The notes beneath the pieces are model-generated. The model was not told where the DNA came from. It did no database searches and saw only the letters and a program-made list of their open reading frames with translations. The position numbers and the translations under genes were made by a program. 64,000 nt of DNA, from assembly GCF_009914755.1 (NCBI RefSeq), contig NC_060926.1; one strand, written 5' to 3'. This document shows positions 23,225 to 36,992 of the stretch, one piece after another; within the stretch, counting starts at the first letter, position 1, and each line of letters starts with the position of its first letter. The stretch is from the human T2T-CHM13v2.0 reference genome, Homo sapiens.

Positions 23225-24899
23225 AAAATTTCCCAGTCAGAAGTGTATCTGTGTTAATCATGCACACTTGCAAGCAGATCACTATGCCTTTATCTCGCAC
23301 AATCCCCATGGAAGGCCCCGAAACAGACTGACACTTTGAAAAAAATATTTTATTTATTTGGAGTCTAGTGCATAAATTGGTTCTCGGGATACTTGATTAC
23401 TTTCCAGCTATTGAAATTAGGGGAGGGGGAAATGAGGATGCAAACCTAAGAAGGTTCTGGGCGGGATGATTTGGGCAGGGCTTTTTGAAAGCAGCGCCTG
23501 CTTTGCTGTTTTTACTGCCTTCTTTCTAGACACAATCGACTTTTACACTGGGGAGACCAGAGCTCACTTTTCTGCATTAAGTAACAAAAAATAAACTTTG
23601 AAAGAAAACTGACAATCAAAGAAAAAACACAAGAGAAGTTGTAAGAAGAATTGAGCTATGAAAAAGCTAAGGTGTAGAAAAAGAAACCATCATTTGGAGA
23701 CGCGTACCTAAGCTTTTTCTCTAGGAAATGCTGTCATGAATTCTTCCTTTGTAGTGATCATTAGTTCATTTCTAAAGAAAACAAACATTCCCCAAGATGT
23801 AAAGTAATAATATTTCATTAATGAAACATAACAAGTATAAACACCTTGTTTACTCCTGTTTCTTATACAAAATGGGCAAAAATGTCTTCAAGGATTTATA
23901 ACCATTTTGTAAATATTAATGTGGCTTCTGCTAGGGGTGGACAACTTCCCGGCTTCTATGGGAGGGGCCACTTAGAAAACGCCTTCAGATAAGGTTCAAT
24001 TCTTTTGTATTTCAGCAAAGTCAGCCCACGCATCTCTATTTGGTTTGACAAATAATGCAACTCCTACTACATCCCCGATGACACGAAGTGAAATTCCTAT
24101 TGTGTGGAAATAATTTAACTTCTAATCTTCTGGTGGAACAACAATCGTTTCTATTTGGATGTTTGTATTTCACTAAGTAATGATGGCTCAAAATAATATT
24201 TAGTTTCCTTGTTCCTTTGTGCTGTTTTTAAAATGGCATGTTAGATTTGGGGGTGGGAGGGGATATCCTTTTGCTAAATTTCACTTTATCTGAGCAGGTT
24301 TAAAATATATATGTTGTAGAAGTGTATCAACAGAATAAATGACTTCAATCGAAGGCACATTTTACCCACTTTCAAGGCTTAACATTGTTTTCTATGAAAT
24401 TTGCATCCATAGGCAGAATTTCTAATTGTCTTGTAAGAAATTATTTTTTAAGCTATTAGAGAAATCAAAGGAGAGCTCACTGCCTTGCAGGGATTACAAC
24501 CACCTTTCTTAACTGGCTAAATATTAACTAGCTGAATTGTCAGGCTGCTTAGATTCAGCCCGATTTTCCCTCATCTCCTCTTCCTACCATAAATAATAAT
24601 AAAAATACATAATGTGTCATGGCTCCAGGCGTTTTCCAGCACAGTGTGTTACCGCAGGAGTATCTGCTGAGTCTGCGGGTGTCTGCAAAGCCCCAAGTGT
24701 CATTTGCGGCTTAGGGTTTCATGGATTAGACTTTAAACGGTGTCTAGCCCGGCTGACATTAGCTTCCTCTCACACTCAGGCTCCAAGGAAGTGTGGGATC
24801 AGGGGCTCCCTCTCCAGGCAGCCACAGCTTTCCCCGACGCCCTCCTCTCGAGTGGGGTGAGGGCTTGGACCAAATCTGCCACCTTCTGTCATCTCTGGA

Positions 24900-25650
24900 G
24901 GTTCCCGAGACTTCTAATAGCTCGGATCTGTTCCTGCCATTGGCGTGAGACTCATCTGAGGGGCGTGGGTGGGGGTGGGCGGCGAGCCGTGGGAGGGCGC
25001 GTTTCCGCGCGGCTGCCAGCCCAGGAGAAAGTTGGGGCCCGCGGCACAGCCATTTAAAACTTCATAAATTATAAACAAGCCGCCTTGGCCTTCGCAATAA
25101 ATTCCGCTCCTTTTGAGCCTGCAATTAGTGTTAGAAAGCAACCGAGTCTAAACACAACCAAACGCCCTCTGAAGGGCCCAACTGCCTGAGGTTGCAAACC
25201 TTTATTTCCCAGCGCCACCCCCTCTCCGACTGAGGTTTGCACACACAGTCGCCTCCTCCCCCGCCACCGCCGGCGGTACACACTCGGCTGGGTTCCCGCT
25301 CTGCAAGGGAAGGTCACAATAGCTGCTCTATCGGCTGCGGAGGCGCCTGCCGCCTCCCTCCCGAGTCTCAGAAGCAGAAAAACAAGAGAATGGGGGAGGG
25401 GAGGCCCCAGCAACAGCGCCCTTTGCGGGAGGCAACCTCCACCCTAGCCAGGGTCTCTCTCCTGGGACGAGTGCTCGCAGAGGGTTGCGGGGAGGGCAAA
25501 GGGAGCGCACCAAGACCACCAGGCTGCTCCAGGCCTTGCCGCAGGGCGCTGGGTTGAGGGTGCCCGGAGCAGCCGCGCCATTGTGTGTCAGGTTTTCCCA
25601 CGGGATCCGTGATGGGGGAGGCCATATAAAGGGAGCTCGGATCCGGGCCT
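24900..25650. other. CpG-rich island with an AT-rich homeodomain-motif core (about 25050-25130)
   Basis: TTCATAAATTATAAA, GCAATAAA and CAATTA embedded in GC-rich DNA. Confidence 0.55.
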
Positions 25651-27109
25651 CTCCGGCATTGGTCTCTGGGAGGGTCTACCTCGTTTGCCCAAGGGGAAGA
25701 AATGGCTCTGTCTCAGGCCTTAGCCAGCTCTGCTTTTTTCCTAGAGACTACTTTGGGGAAGGTGGGGATCAGGGAGATTGTGGGTCCTCCTGGGGTCTGA
25801 AGAAAGGGGTCAGGGCAGGATCTCAGGCCCATGGCTGAGGGGTGGCAGTCGTCTGGACATTCTAGGTGGTTCTGTCCAGGCAATCAAATATGAATTAAGG
25901 CAGGATAGCTGTGAGGCAGCCAGAATGGCCAGCTGCAAAACGGGAGGTGGGGGTGGGGAAGGAGATGCAGACAGTGAGAGCTTTCCCTGCAACCAAGAAA
26001 AACTCAGGATCCAGCCAGGAGTTGAAGTGCTGAGACCCAACTGAACTAGCCAGGAAGAATGGGGAAGTGGCAGAAGAAAGGCCTGGAGAGTAGTCCTGGT
26101 CACTGGTAAGCAGGTCAGAAAGGGCGATTAAGTACATATTCTGTCTCCTGGCTTTCAGACCTCCACCTTATCCAGGGACCTGACAGAGAAAAATCTGCCT
26201 CTGATGGAATCATTAAGTTAACCATCCATTTGTACCATTTCTTTGTACAGGCTTTCAAACGAGAGAGAGGAGAGAATACAGGAGGAGAATGTTTCCCCTT
26301 GGTGCAGCCCCAAGCTCCCTATCAGAGACACATCAGCCAAATTAGTTTCCGAGGCTCACAGGCTGCTAACATTGCTGAACAAGATTTTTCGAATTTCTAT
26401 GTGTTAGGAGTATTAAAAGATAGTGATTACCTATACTAGCAGCCTTTGTCCCTTTTCTCTTCCCTAGTCTGTACCAGCCCACTGGCCCTTGAGTGAAGTG
26501 CATCTTCTCAGCCTGCGGACTTGGGAGCTCAGGCTCTCCATCTGTTGAGGTTTTTCATTAGGGAGACTACAGAGGATGTGTGTGGGTGTGTGTTTGAATA
26601 ACAAAGAAGTAACCCTTCATTCTAATAAAAGTGTTCCTCTGCTTGACCTGGAGGAGCCAGAAGCTTGTTTATACCTTCAGTATTCAAGGGACAGTCACAG
26701 GCCTGTTTTGACCTTTTCCTGAGAATTAGCTGAAACTTCCCTCTGAAGTCAAGTAGTGAATCTGTTATAGGTCTAAGGAAGGTCCTCTTCATCTGGGAGT
26801 TCTTGGCATTACTTTGGTCCTTCTTTCAGAAACTGAAAGAAAAGAATAGGAAGAACAGAAGTTTGTGAGTAGGCAGGAAGGGACATGGATGACCCCAGTC
26901 TTCACAGGACTATGGCCTGATCACTTCGAGGCACTGCAACTTCCCAGAGTATATATGTAGGGCTTGGGTTGAGTGGCCCTGTTCCGACACTTTGGGCACA
27001 GGGAGCTGAGACTGGGCTGTCACTAGCCAAGCCCTTACCATCTTTGAGGGCTGGTTCTTAGATCTCTCTTGCAGAAGGCCTGGATAGAAAGGAGAAAGAT
27101 TGGGTATAT

Positions 27110-27234
27110 TGGGAGGCTGAGACAGGAGAATCGTTTGTACCTGGGAGGCAAGGTTGCAGTGAGCTGAGATCACACCATTGCACTCCAGCCTGGGCATCAA
27201 GAGTGAAACTCTATCTCAAAAAAAAAAAAAAAAA
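27110..27234 (+). mobile_element. 5'-truncated Alu (right arm only)
   Basis: Alu 3' part with poly(A); TSD aaagattgggta at 27095-27106 and 27232-27243. Confidence 0.9.
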
Positions 27235-28049
27235 GATTGGGTACATAAGTCCTCTGCACTTTCTGCACTGGTGATGCTGGAGAGGAAGGACGGTGAATGA
27301 TAAGAATCATCACAGAGGATGAAATCTTAGTTCTCATTGTTCCCTTCTTTTCTACTCCAGCTACAAATGCCCTTATCTTTGGAGTCCAAGGTTGGGAACA
27401 AATGGATTTAAGTACCTGGCCTAAAGCCTATTCCTAAAAACTTCCCTCAGGTTTCACACCTACCTTGGCAAGTTGGAAAGTGCAAAGACAGTATAAGGGC
27501 CCATTTTCAGGCCAGGTCCAGCATGAAACAGAGTGAACAAAATTAGTTCCACACATTAGGGAAGAGCCAAGTCAGACGAATATCCAATCATTTGCAGTAG
27601 TAGAGGCAGGTGAAGGGTCCCCAGATCTGTAAGGCAGGAGTTACTGCATGAGTCTTTCTGTCCTAGATCTTGGGCAAAATGTCCTGATTGGTTCCTATAG
27701 CTAGTCTGGATTATTTTAAGGAAAGAATACTACCTGGAGAAATCATAAAAGCTGGGTTTTAACATTAGTAAGGGCCAGAAGAATTTAAATCCTAATTTAA
27801 ACCAAAATTCATGGAGAGCTCTGGTACAGGCAGTGTTTTTACCTGGGAAGCAGGGCTCAAAACCTGGCCAGGAGGTCTTGTTGGGCCAGGAATGTCCGTG
27901 GTTGGTGAGGAGGCTGGGAGAAGGCCTTTTTGATGGCTCCATTGTTCACAGCGCTGCCCTACAAATACCATATCCGTCCCCACCTCCTCTGCAAGGGTCG
28001 AGCGGAAGAGTAGGTCTGGTGAGCTGAGCTCTAGGGCGCTGGTACCATC

Positions 28050-29140
28050 TTCCCTCAATCCCCCTCGGTTACCCCTTGGGGCAGCAACGACGCCATCCCA
28101 GCCCCTTCCAGAGAACACACAAAGGAAGCCCCACCCGTCCTTAGACCTGAGGACACGCTCGGGAGCGGGCTGACGTGGACCCCGTTTCAGGGCGCCCCGG
28201 GCCCCTGCGGGGAACAATAGCCGCCGCCTCCTGGGCGGTCTGGCGGGCGCGCGGCACAAACGTCCGCGCCGCCATGTGATGCGCGCGCTCGTTCCGCGCT
28301 CTCCGCGCCTCAGCGAGCGGCCAGGCTGCGGGCCGGGTGGGCTGGCGCTCCTGATCCACCTGGAACACTTTTGCAAAGACAGACGGTGAGTTAATCACCC
28401 TACCGGCTGGCGGCCGCGTCCCCTCTCGCCCGCGAGGAGGACTGGAGAAGGGGCTGGGGTGGAGGTTTTCTCTGTGTGTGTCTAGGGTTGGGGGCAGGAG
28501 AGGTTAGTTCTATTAAGAGTTCATCAATCACCCGGTGTGCACTTTTCGCTCGACAGCGGTTCCTCCTACTTCAGAGCAAGTCTGGGCCAGCTGGGATCCG
28601 ACCAGAAACCGCAAGCGGAGGAGACGCAGGAGCGCAGGCTGAGCGCTAACTGAAGGCGCGACCTGAGCCCGGCGCCTGCTGGGGAGCTGCGCAGCCAGGA
28701 CAGCGGTCGGCAGCACAGGGCCTGGGCGCAGGGCCCGCCGTCACCACCTCACGTCGGAAGCCAGCACTGCTGCCCGCCAGCCCTGCCGCCTGCCCTCGGA
28801 CTTCCCAGGGCGCCCAGGGTCCTCCCAACGCGCCTGCACCCACACCCGCCCCTGAGCCACAGTGACCTTGCATTCCCCGCCCCCTGCCACACCTCCTGCG
28901 TGCCCGAGTGTCACCCTTAAATACCGCTCTACACCCAGAGAGGGACGAATACACCTCTGAAGACAGGGCAAGACTAATTTCAATGGGTCAGAAGGTTCTT
29001 GCAGGCACTGTTTTATTTAAGAGTGCCTATTTACTGGCAGGAGTATTTGTGTGGGAGGAAGTAGGCTAAGACTGCTGTTGAACTTGAAGCTAAACTTGAA
29101 TGCCATTTAAAATAACAATAAAAATATACTTAAAACACCA
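28050..29140 (+). ncRNA. HAGLROS: CpG-island transcription unit consistent with lncRNA HAGLROS
   Basis: CpG island, donor ACG|GTGAGT at 28386, acceptor ttttcgctcgacag| at 28556, AATAAA at 29117-29122; name taken from knowledge of the locus. Confidence 0.55.
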
Positions 29141-29709
29141 ATCACAATGATATGACTCACCTCTTTCCAGTGTGGAGGAAACACTCCAGTATTTTTACCT
29201 CCGTTCTTTCCGGTGTATTTTAAGAACACCCTAAAGGGATAGACAGTAAGTGTCTGAGGGTAGTCACTAGCATTAGAGCTGTTTACAGCAGGAGGGTTTG
29301 GTGGAGTTAGTGGTGAAGCATTTTTATAACCCTTCTGGAGTGGTCATGCTGTTCTCTTTGTAAATCCTAACAAGGTTCCAGCCTAGTTCCCCTTTTACCC
29401 TTTTTTGCTGCGGGACTTCAGCTGAGATGTTTCTGAAGTTAGTAAATGTGTTGCCTCAGGCCACAGAAAATAGTCCCTGAAGGAAAGAAAGCCTCAGCTT
29501 TGCCCCCTCTTCCTTCAGCCTTCTCTCCCTTCATCCTCTTGGGTGGAAAATTAACTTGCTTTGGAAAAATGTTCTACCATCTTGCTTCAGATAGATATAA
29601 GCTGAAGCATTAAGCCTCACACAGTGTCCTGAACTCACTGAGCAATGAAACTACTGGTCCTGCTGTCCTTGGTTCAGTCTGTTCCTCCTCCTTGCCTTTC
29701 ACCAATTTC

Positions 29710-30620
29710 TAGTGAACAGCTCCTATACACACTGTGCTGGGCTCTGGGATACAAAGACAAGTCACTGATGGTGTATGCTCTTCAATCTAGTGGGGAAGAG
29801 AAATAATCTTAAAACAATATGACAGGTGCTATAACAGAGGTGTGGTCAAAATGTTCCTCTAATAAAAAAGGAGCCACTAGTAGTACTATAATGTCAAAAA
29901 AAATAGTTTCAGAGGAGGTGAATTCGGGTTCCTGAAACATAAGCGTTTTTCAGGCCAAGAAGGGAAGCCATACCAGGTAGAGAGGACAACTCATGCAAAA
30001 GCAAAGAGGGAGGAAAAAGCAAAGTCTGGGCTTGGAACAAGGAGAGTACTTTGGAGTGTGGTTATCCTGGCTGAAAAGAGAGGTTGCACAGGGTTCACGT
30101 GAAGGAGTCTGGACCTACTCTCTAGAGACTGGGGAGCCACTGCAGGTTTTAAGCTGGGATGTGAAGTTATGTATTTTGAAGCTAACTCAGGGATGCTGTG
30201 TCTGATTGGAGAAAGGAGAGACACGAGGCAAGAAGAACAAAATAGGAGGCAACCGCAACAACACAGCAGAGAGAGGAACTAATGTAACAAGAGTGAAGAG
30301 AAAAGACATTTAGAGGTAGAATTCACAGGACTTAGTGATCAATTGGATGAGTAAAAGAGGAGTTGTGGATGTTAATCTCTAGATTTGAGGGACTGAGTCA
30401 CGTCATTCACTAAAATGAATAGAGGAGGGAGAAGAGAAGGCTTTGCAAGGAATCTAATGAGTTCGGTTGCAGTCTACACTGTATTTTCTGCTTTGCTACT
30501 GATACACTGTGTGGCCCTAAGCAACCCACTTAATCTTTCTGGACTTCAGTTTCATCAGTGAAAGAGTCAATAAAGATATCTACCTCATAGGCTTATCATT
30601 AGAGTTGTATGGGAATGCGT
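29710..30620. mobile_element. Degenerate L2 followed by a MIR fragment
   Basis: actgtgctgggctctgggatacaaag, ggggagccactgcaggttttaagc and ggacttagtgatcaattggatg (L2); cacttaatctttctggacttcagtttc (MIR). Confidence 0.6.
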
Positions 30621-31199
30621 GTTAGATATTGGTATCTTCACCAGGTCCAAGTGAGTGTTCTATATAAAGCTAAAACCTAGGAAAAACACACCCGCACTCA
30701 CACCATGCTGATGAATACTTAGATCCTGGGTGTCCAGTGAGAAATGTCTTAGAGAAATTAAAAACAACAACATCCTACTGCTTCCTAGATATTGAATCCA
30801 AGCTAATGTTTAGGACTAGGTCAGATCAAATTGCTATTCAGAGCCCTCTCCTTCAAGAGCGGTACTTGCTGGAGGATTCATGCAGAAATGTGTTCTTGGT
30901 ATCAAACCACTAAAGAGGTCTTTTAGCAGATGTCAGAAAGCTTCAATGCTTTTTTTTTTTTTTTAAATATCATGTGTCTTTCAGGGAATGCTTGAAGCCA
31001 CCTACTCTCTTTTGAACCTCCTTGAGCCCTGTGTGGAATGGTGTAGTATAGAGAAGAGTGCTGAACATCTGACTTTGGCCATTTACACCGGGTGTGATTA
31101 CAGCAAGTTGGTTATCTTTTCTGTGTTAGTATTATCATTTGTAATACAGAATTATGAAAGGCTCAAGATAAGGAAGAGAGATATTTTGGGAGATGTTAT

Positions 31200-32160
31200 A
31201 AGAGTAAATAAAAGGTATTATTTTTCACTTATCAGATTGGCCAACATAAAAACTTCAACATCCCATTGACTTGGCAAAGGTGTGAGGAGACAGGAACTCT
31301 CATATATTGCTGATAGAGGTATAAATTAATTTATTTCTGTGGAGAAATGTATTAAAACTCACAGTGCACATACCTTTTGACTAAATCATTTCACTTCTAC
31401 AAATTTTTCTAATAGGTAAAAGCTTGACCATGTGTTTGTAATAGCAAAAGGTTGAAAACAAGCTATATGCCCACCAACAGGGAATGGCTAAATGAATTGT
31501 GGCAGGTGTATACAGTAGAACAGTATGAAGTTATAAAAGTAAACCAGGGCCAGACGCCGTGGCTCACATCTGTAATCCCAGCACTTCGGGAAGCCAAGGC
31601 TGGCAGATCACTCAAGCCCAGGAGTTTGAGACCAGCCTGGTTTTGTAGAGATGAAACCTTATCTCTACAAAAAATACAAAAATTAGCTGGATGTGCTTGT
31701 GCATGCCTGTAATCTCAGCTACTCAGAAGGGTGAGGTGGGAGGATCACCTGAGCCCCGAGAAGGTTGAGGCTGCAGGGAGCCATGATTGCACCACTGCAC
31801 TCCAGCCTCAGCGACACAGTCAGACCCTGTCTCCAACAACAACAACAAATCCAGGAAGTTATGTGTGGATATATATGGAATGGTCTGAAAGATACAATAG
31901 GGGGAAAAGCATGGTGCGAAAAAGTCTGCCTAGCATGCTACCATTTGTGTAAAAACCTGTGGAGTACACACACACACACACATATATATAAATTATGCTA
32001 GTAAAAAGTGTCTCTGTAAAGATACACAAGTTGGTTGCTTATGTGAAGGGGAACTAGGTAGCTGGGAACAAGAGTGGGAGGAAGACTTTTCACTGTATAC
32101 CCCTTTGTACCCTTTGAATCTTGAAGCAAGCATATTTAAATTTATTACTCTTTTGAAAAA
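31200..32160 (+). mobile_element. Old L1M 3' fragment interrupted by an Alu
   Basis: ggcaaaggtgtgaggagacaggaactctcatatattgctgatag and tgtttgtaatagcaaaaggttgaaaacaa are L1M-like. Confidence 0.65.
31548..31848 (+). mobile_element. AluJ-like element
   Basis: Alu dimer with (CAA)n tail. Confidence 0.88.
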
Positions 32161-32169
32161 ATAAAAGAA

Positions 32170-32475
32170 GTCGGGCACAGTGGCTCTCACCTATAACCCC
32201 AGCACTTTGGGAGGCTGAGGCAGGTGGGTCACCTGAGGTCAGGAGTTCGAGACCAGCCTGGCCAACATGGTAAAACCCCATCTCTACTAAAAATACAAAA
32301 ATCAGCTGGGCATGGTGGCACAAGTCTGTAGTCCCAGCTACACAGAAGCTGAGGCAGGAGAATCACTTGAACCCAGGGGGTGGGGGTTGCAGTGAGCCAA
32401 GATCACACCACTGCCCTCCAGCCTGGGCAACAGAGCAAGATTCTGTCTCATAAAAAAATTAAAAAAAAAAAAAAA
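32170..32475 (+). mobile_element. AluS
   Basis: Full-length dimer with poly(A). Confidence 0.92.
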
Positions 32476-32479
32476 GGAA

Positions 32480-32645
32480 CAGAGCAGAGGGTGCGGGGAG
32501 GGAGAAGATCAGGAAAAATAACTAATGGGTACTAGGCTTAATACCTGGGTGATGAAATAATCTGTACAACAAACCCTCATGATACACGTTTATCTATTTA
32601 ACAAACCTGCACATGTATCCCTGAACTTAAAAGTTACAAAACAAA
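32480..32645 (+). mobile_element. L1P 3'UTR end
   Basis: gggtactaggcttaatacctgggtgatgaaataatctgtacaacaaaccc...acaaacctgcacatgtatccctgaacttaaaag. Confidence 0.85.
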
Positions 32646-33885
32646 ACAATGCCATTACTCACCCTGACTAAAATGATAAAGGAACAACAACAAAAAAATG
32701 TTTAGTACAAGTGACCTGGGTGTGCCTGTGTGTGTTCATATGTGTCCTTATTTGTACTTGCTCTATCCAGCAAAATTAATCTTGGGATACCTCTTGTTTT
32801 ATTCCCCCAGGGCCCTGATGCTGATCAACCTCAACGATAATGAGGGGATTCTTCACTGTTGCTTGGTGCTGGGGTCACAGGTCTGTCTCTACCCTCTCTT
32901 CTAGGAGGACTCAAGATGAGGCTACAGAAGTCTGGCAGAGCAGCAGGCCTCTCAGTCAGAACCACTGACTGTGTGGCCTCCCGGAAATGAGTGTGCCTTC
33001 TTGAACACTGCTGTGCTTGCTTGGGATGGAGGCCTGCCACAATGCCAAGGAGTAGCTACTATATTTCTTCCTCTTTGCAGACTGTGAAAAGGCAATGGAC
33101 TGTGGAAAGTCACGAGACCCAAGGTGGTTCCATTTTTTGCAGGATGGCTTTGCCTTTTAACCTCTGAGTAAAGTGACTTCCTCTCTAAAATTAGGGGTTT
33201 GATGTAGCTTATCTGGAAGGTGTTTTCTAGCTTTGACATCTTAGGCTGTGAAAAGTCAGCCTTTAGCCAGAGAAAGAGTTACTGCTTAGGCTAAGGGACA
33301 TTTGGCCCCCTCTGGATCCCTGGGGCTCAAAGGCATATTCCAATTTGAGAGATGGAAGAAAAAAAAGGCTGAGTCCTCTCTCTTCAGATGCCCATTCTCA
33401 CTCCTTCCTTCTTCCCATTGCCTCAGAACCACTCTAAATTTTCTCTGAAGAGACTGGGAGAGACAAATCTCTTTCTCTTCCCACCCCACTGGCATCATCA
33501 AAGCCAAGGTAAGGAAGTGGCAAGAAGCAGAAGTGAGCCCAGTCTCTGCAAAGCACCAATTGGTCAGCAAAACTTGGGAAACTTCCAACTGACCACTTCT
33601 TAAGGATATGCTCTAGAACTTCAGCCGAAGTAGACTTAAGTTTTACCTTGACATTGACCTCTCTGCAACCCAACAAACCTCTGGACACTTTTTAGGTATA
33701 CTCATGTGCCAGCTAGCCATGACCTCTCATCACTCATGGTCCCTCCCATAGGAACATCTCCTTTCTTCCCACACGGCCCCCTCCCACCCCAACTCCTACA
33801 GCAGAATTATTCAAAGTGTGGTCCCAAACAATCTTGCTTTAGGATCACCCAAAAGTCTTGTTAAAAAAAAAAAAAAGGATTCCTA

Positions 33886-34029
33886 GGCCAGGCACAGTGG
33901 CTCATACCTGCAATCCTATCACTTTGGGAGGCTGAGGTGGGTGAATCACTTGAGCCCAAGAGTTCAAGACCAGCCTGGCCAACATGGCAAGACCTCGTGT
34001 CTATGAAAAAATCAAAAATTAAAAAAAAA
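33886..34029 (+). mobile_element. Alu left monomer (FLAM/AluJ)
   Basis: Monomer with A tail. Confidence 0.85.
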
Positions 34030-34599
34030 TTCCTGAGTCAGACTATTAGGTAAAAATCTCTGGGGGTGACTCAAGAAACCTGAACTTTTAAACAAGATTC
34101 TATGGTGATTTCTACCCACCTGATGTGGTTTTGGGAGGCAACAATCTAAAGATATCCTTCAGCCAATATTAGTCACGGTAAAGACACACCATTCTGTCCA
34201 CTCTGCTTACGTCCAACAAACACTTTTGAATGCCTCCATGTGTCAATCACTGGCTTGACCAGTAAGCCTTTCATTCACAAAATTCTCAGGGAAAGGCACA
34301 GCACTTTAAATGGTTTTCCTCAGGGAATGTCATATTGTCAGATTTCCAACAGGTTTAGAATTCTTGTCCTTAGGACTCCTTTGCATCCCTACCTCCATCC
34401 TAGGATGACTGAGGGATGCTACAGAGAACTGCATCTTAATCTTCACTTTCTCTTAATGTGGATTAAGAAAAAAAAGACACCCACCCTTTTTTACCCCAAC
34501 AAACAAGATTTTCTGTGACTTGGGGTTAGGAAGCCAAGCGTTGCAATGTGCTCAAGTGCCTCCAAGCGGTAACACAGTGGGACTTGTCTAGAGGGCTTA

Positions 34600-34975
<376 letters not shown>

Positions 34976-35601
34976 TTATTAGAAAGGGAGAGAAAGGTAG
35001 TCATGAAAGGGATAGGGAGTGGGTAGGGGGTGGCTGCTGTGGTGAGCAGGATGGGAGAGATTTCAAAGCATTCCTACATCAAACACAAGCTGGCAATTGG
35101 GCCCCTCTGCTGTCACCTCCCGTGGAGAACTCAGCACCAGGACCCAGCAGAGCAAGTGACCCTGGGGAATTCATGGCTTGACAAGTAATAAAATTAGTAA
35201 GACATTTCTCCCATACTTGGTGAACATCTAAGAGACAAACTTTAATGTTACTCAAAATATGCTATATTCACATCTTTCTATATTTCCCCAATAATATCTT
35301 CCAATTTCTCCTTAGATAATTATACATTAAGATTCCTCTAGAGTAGATTTATAGTATAGCTAAAACCTGTGTCAGAAATAAATCTCTAGCTCCTTTGGTT
35401 TAAGACTGTCTTTTCCCTAGCCTAACTTTCTCCTAACAAAATGTCATTACATAGTAAATCCTTGGCAAACATCTGTTGAATTTGAGTATGAGATGACCAG
35501 AGTCATGACTTCCAACCTGAGCAAGTCAAGAACCAGTCCAAGAATGGAGATGCTAACTCTGAGCCCCAAGGTGTGGGATATGCCAAGGATTTGGAGATTA
35601 A

Positions 35602-35927
<326 letters not shown>

Positions 35928-36714
35928 AGAATGTAGTTTTCTGTATGCGATTATCAAAGAAATGCTATTGGGTCTGAACAAATATTGAACACCTCTCCCT
36001 CGCTCTCACCCACAGTTGTGAAAACAAAACAAAACAAAACAGTATTTTTAAAAACTTCATTCTTTTTTAGGGCACTTTCTTCCCTCAGAAAGGCTAAATC
36101 TCCAAAATTTTACTTGATGGAGCTAGTGTGGATAGCTCATGGGTGCATTAAAGTCAAGGCCTAATTATATCATGAAGGACCCAGCCTTTGCCCCAAATGC
36201 CCAGGAGGAAAAACTTAGTCTTTGTTGCCATGAAAGCTGCCAGGACACCTAGGCAGCCTGATTTTTCTGAAACCTTAGAGAAAAGGCCCTTAATTTGAGG
36301 GGTTTTGGTCAGACTTGCCGGACAGTCAGGCTGACTCTTCTGCCCTAAACCCTGGGTTGCAGCCGGCTGGATGTCTTCCCCAAAGAGGTTTACAAAGTCA
36401 TCCTTCCTTCTTGACCCATGGGGCCTCTAGGCTTTGGAGTTGTGATAGGATAAGTATCATTTGAGGGAACACTGTGAGAGCTGGGACATCTTGCAGATAA
36501 AAACTGGCTATTAAAATCTAGCCAGAGGTGGAGGAGGGGGCATTGTGAACTCAGCAGCATCTTATTTGCTGTTACTTTTGCATAAATGGCACAGGAGAGC
36601 AGTGAAGAAACGTGTCTACATTTTAAGGCTGAGCTAGCTCTGAAGAGCTCTAACATTTCCTAACTGGGGTGTTAGGGAAGAACTTTTATTTTTCTCTTCT
36701 TAAAAATTATTTAG

Positions 36715-36992
36715 GGCCGGGCGCGGTGGCTCACGCCTGTAATCCCAGCACTTTGGGAGGCCGAGGCGGGCGGATCACGAGGTCAGGAGATCGAAACCAT
36801 CCTGGCTAACACGGTGAAACCCCGTCTCTACTAAAAATACAAAAAATTAGCCGGGCATAGTGGTGGGCGCCTGTAGTACCAGCTACTCGGGAGGCCGAGG
36901 CAGAAGAATGGCGTGAATCGGGGAGGCTGAGCTTGCAGTGAGCCGAGATCGCGCCACTGCACTTAAAAAAAAAAATTAAATAAATAAATAAA
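36715..36992 (+). mobile_element. AluY lacking its 3'-terminal ~30 nt
   Basis: Y diagnostics (accatcctggctaacacggtg, gaatggcgtgaa); TSD taaaaattatttag. Confidence 0.92.

Noticed and set aside
22415-23240. miR-10 seed sites (ACAGGGT) in the HOXD3 or HOXD1 3'UTRs
   Set aside because: None seen by eye; the matches I noticed (about 14519 and 19963) are intronic. A computational scan would be needed for certainty.
25209-25226. CTCF-like CAGCGCCACCCCCTCTCC
   Set aside because: Only half of the core matches; cannot be called without a PWM scan or ChIP data.
28557-28650. Faint homeodomain-like residue spacing (SSYFRASLGQL; WDPTRNRKRRRRR) after the candidate acceptor
   Set aside because: The matches are in different frames, wrongly spaced and too weak to separate from chance; not called a HOXD2 pseudogene.
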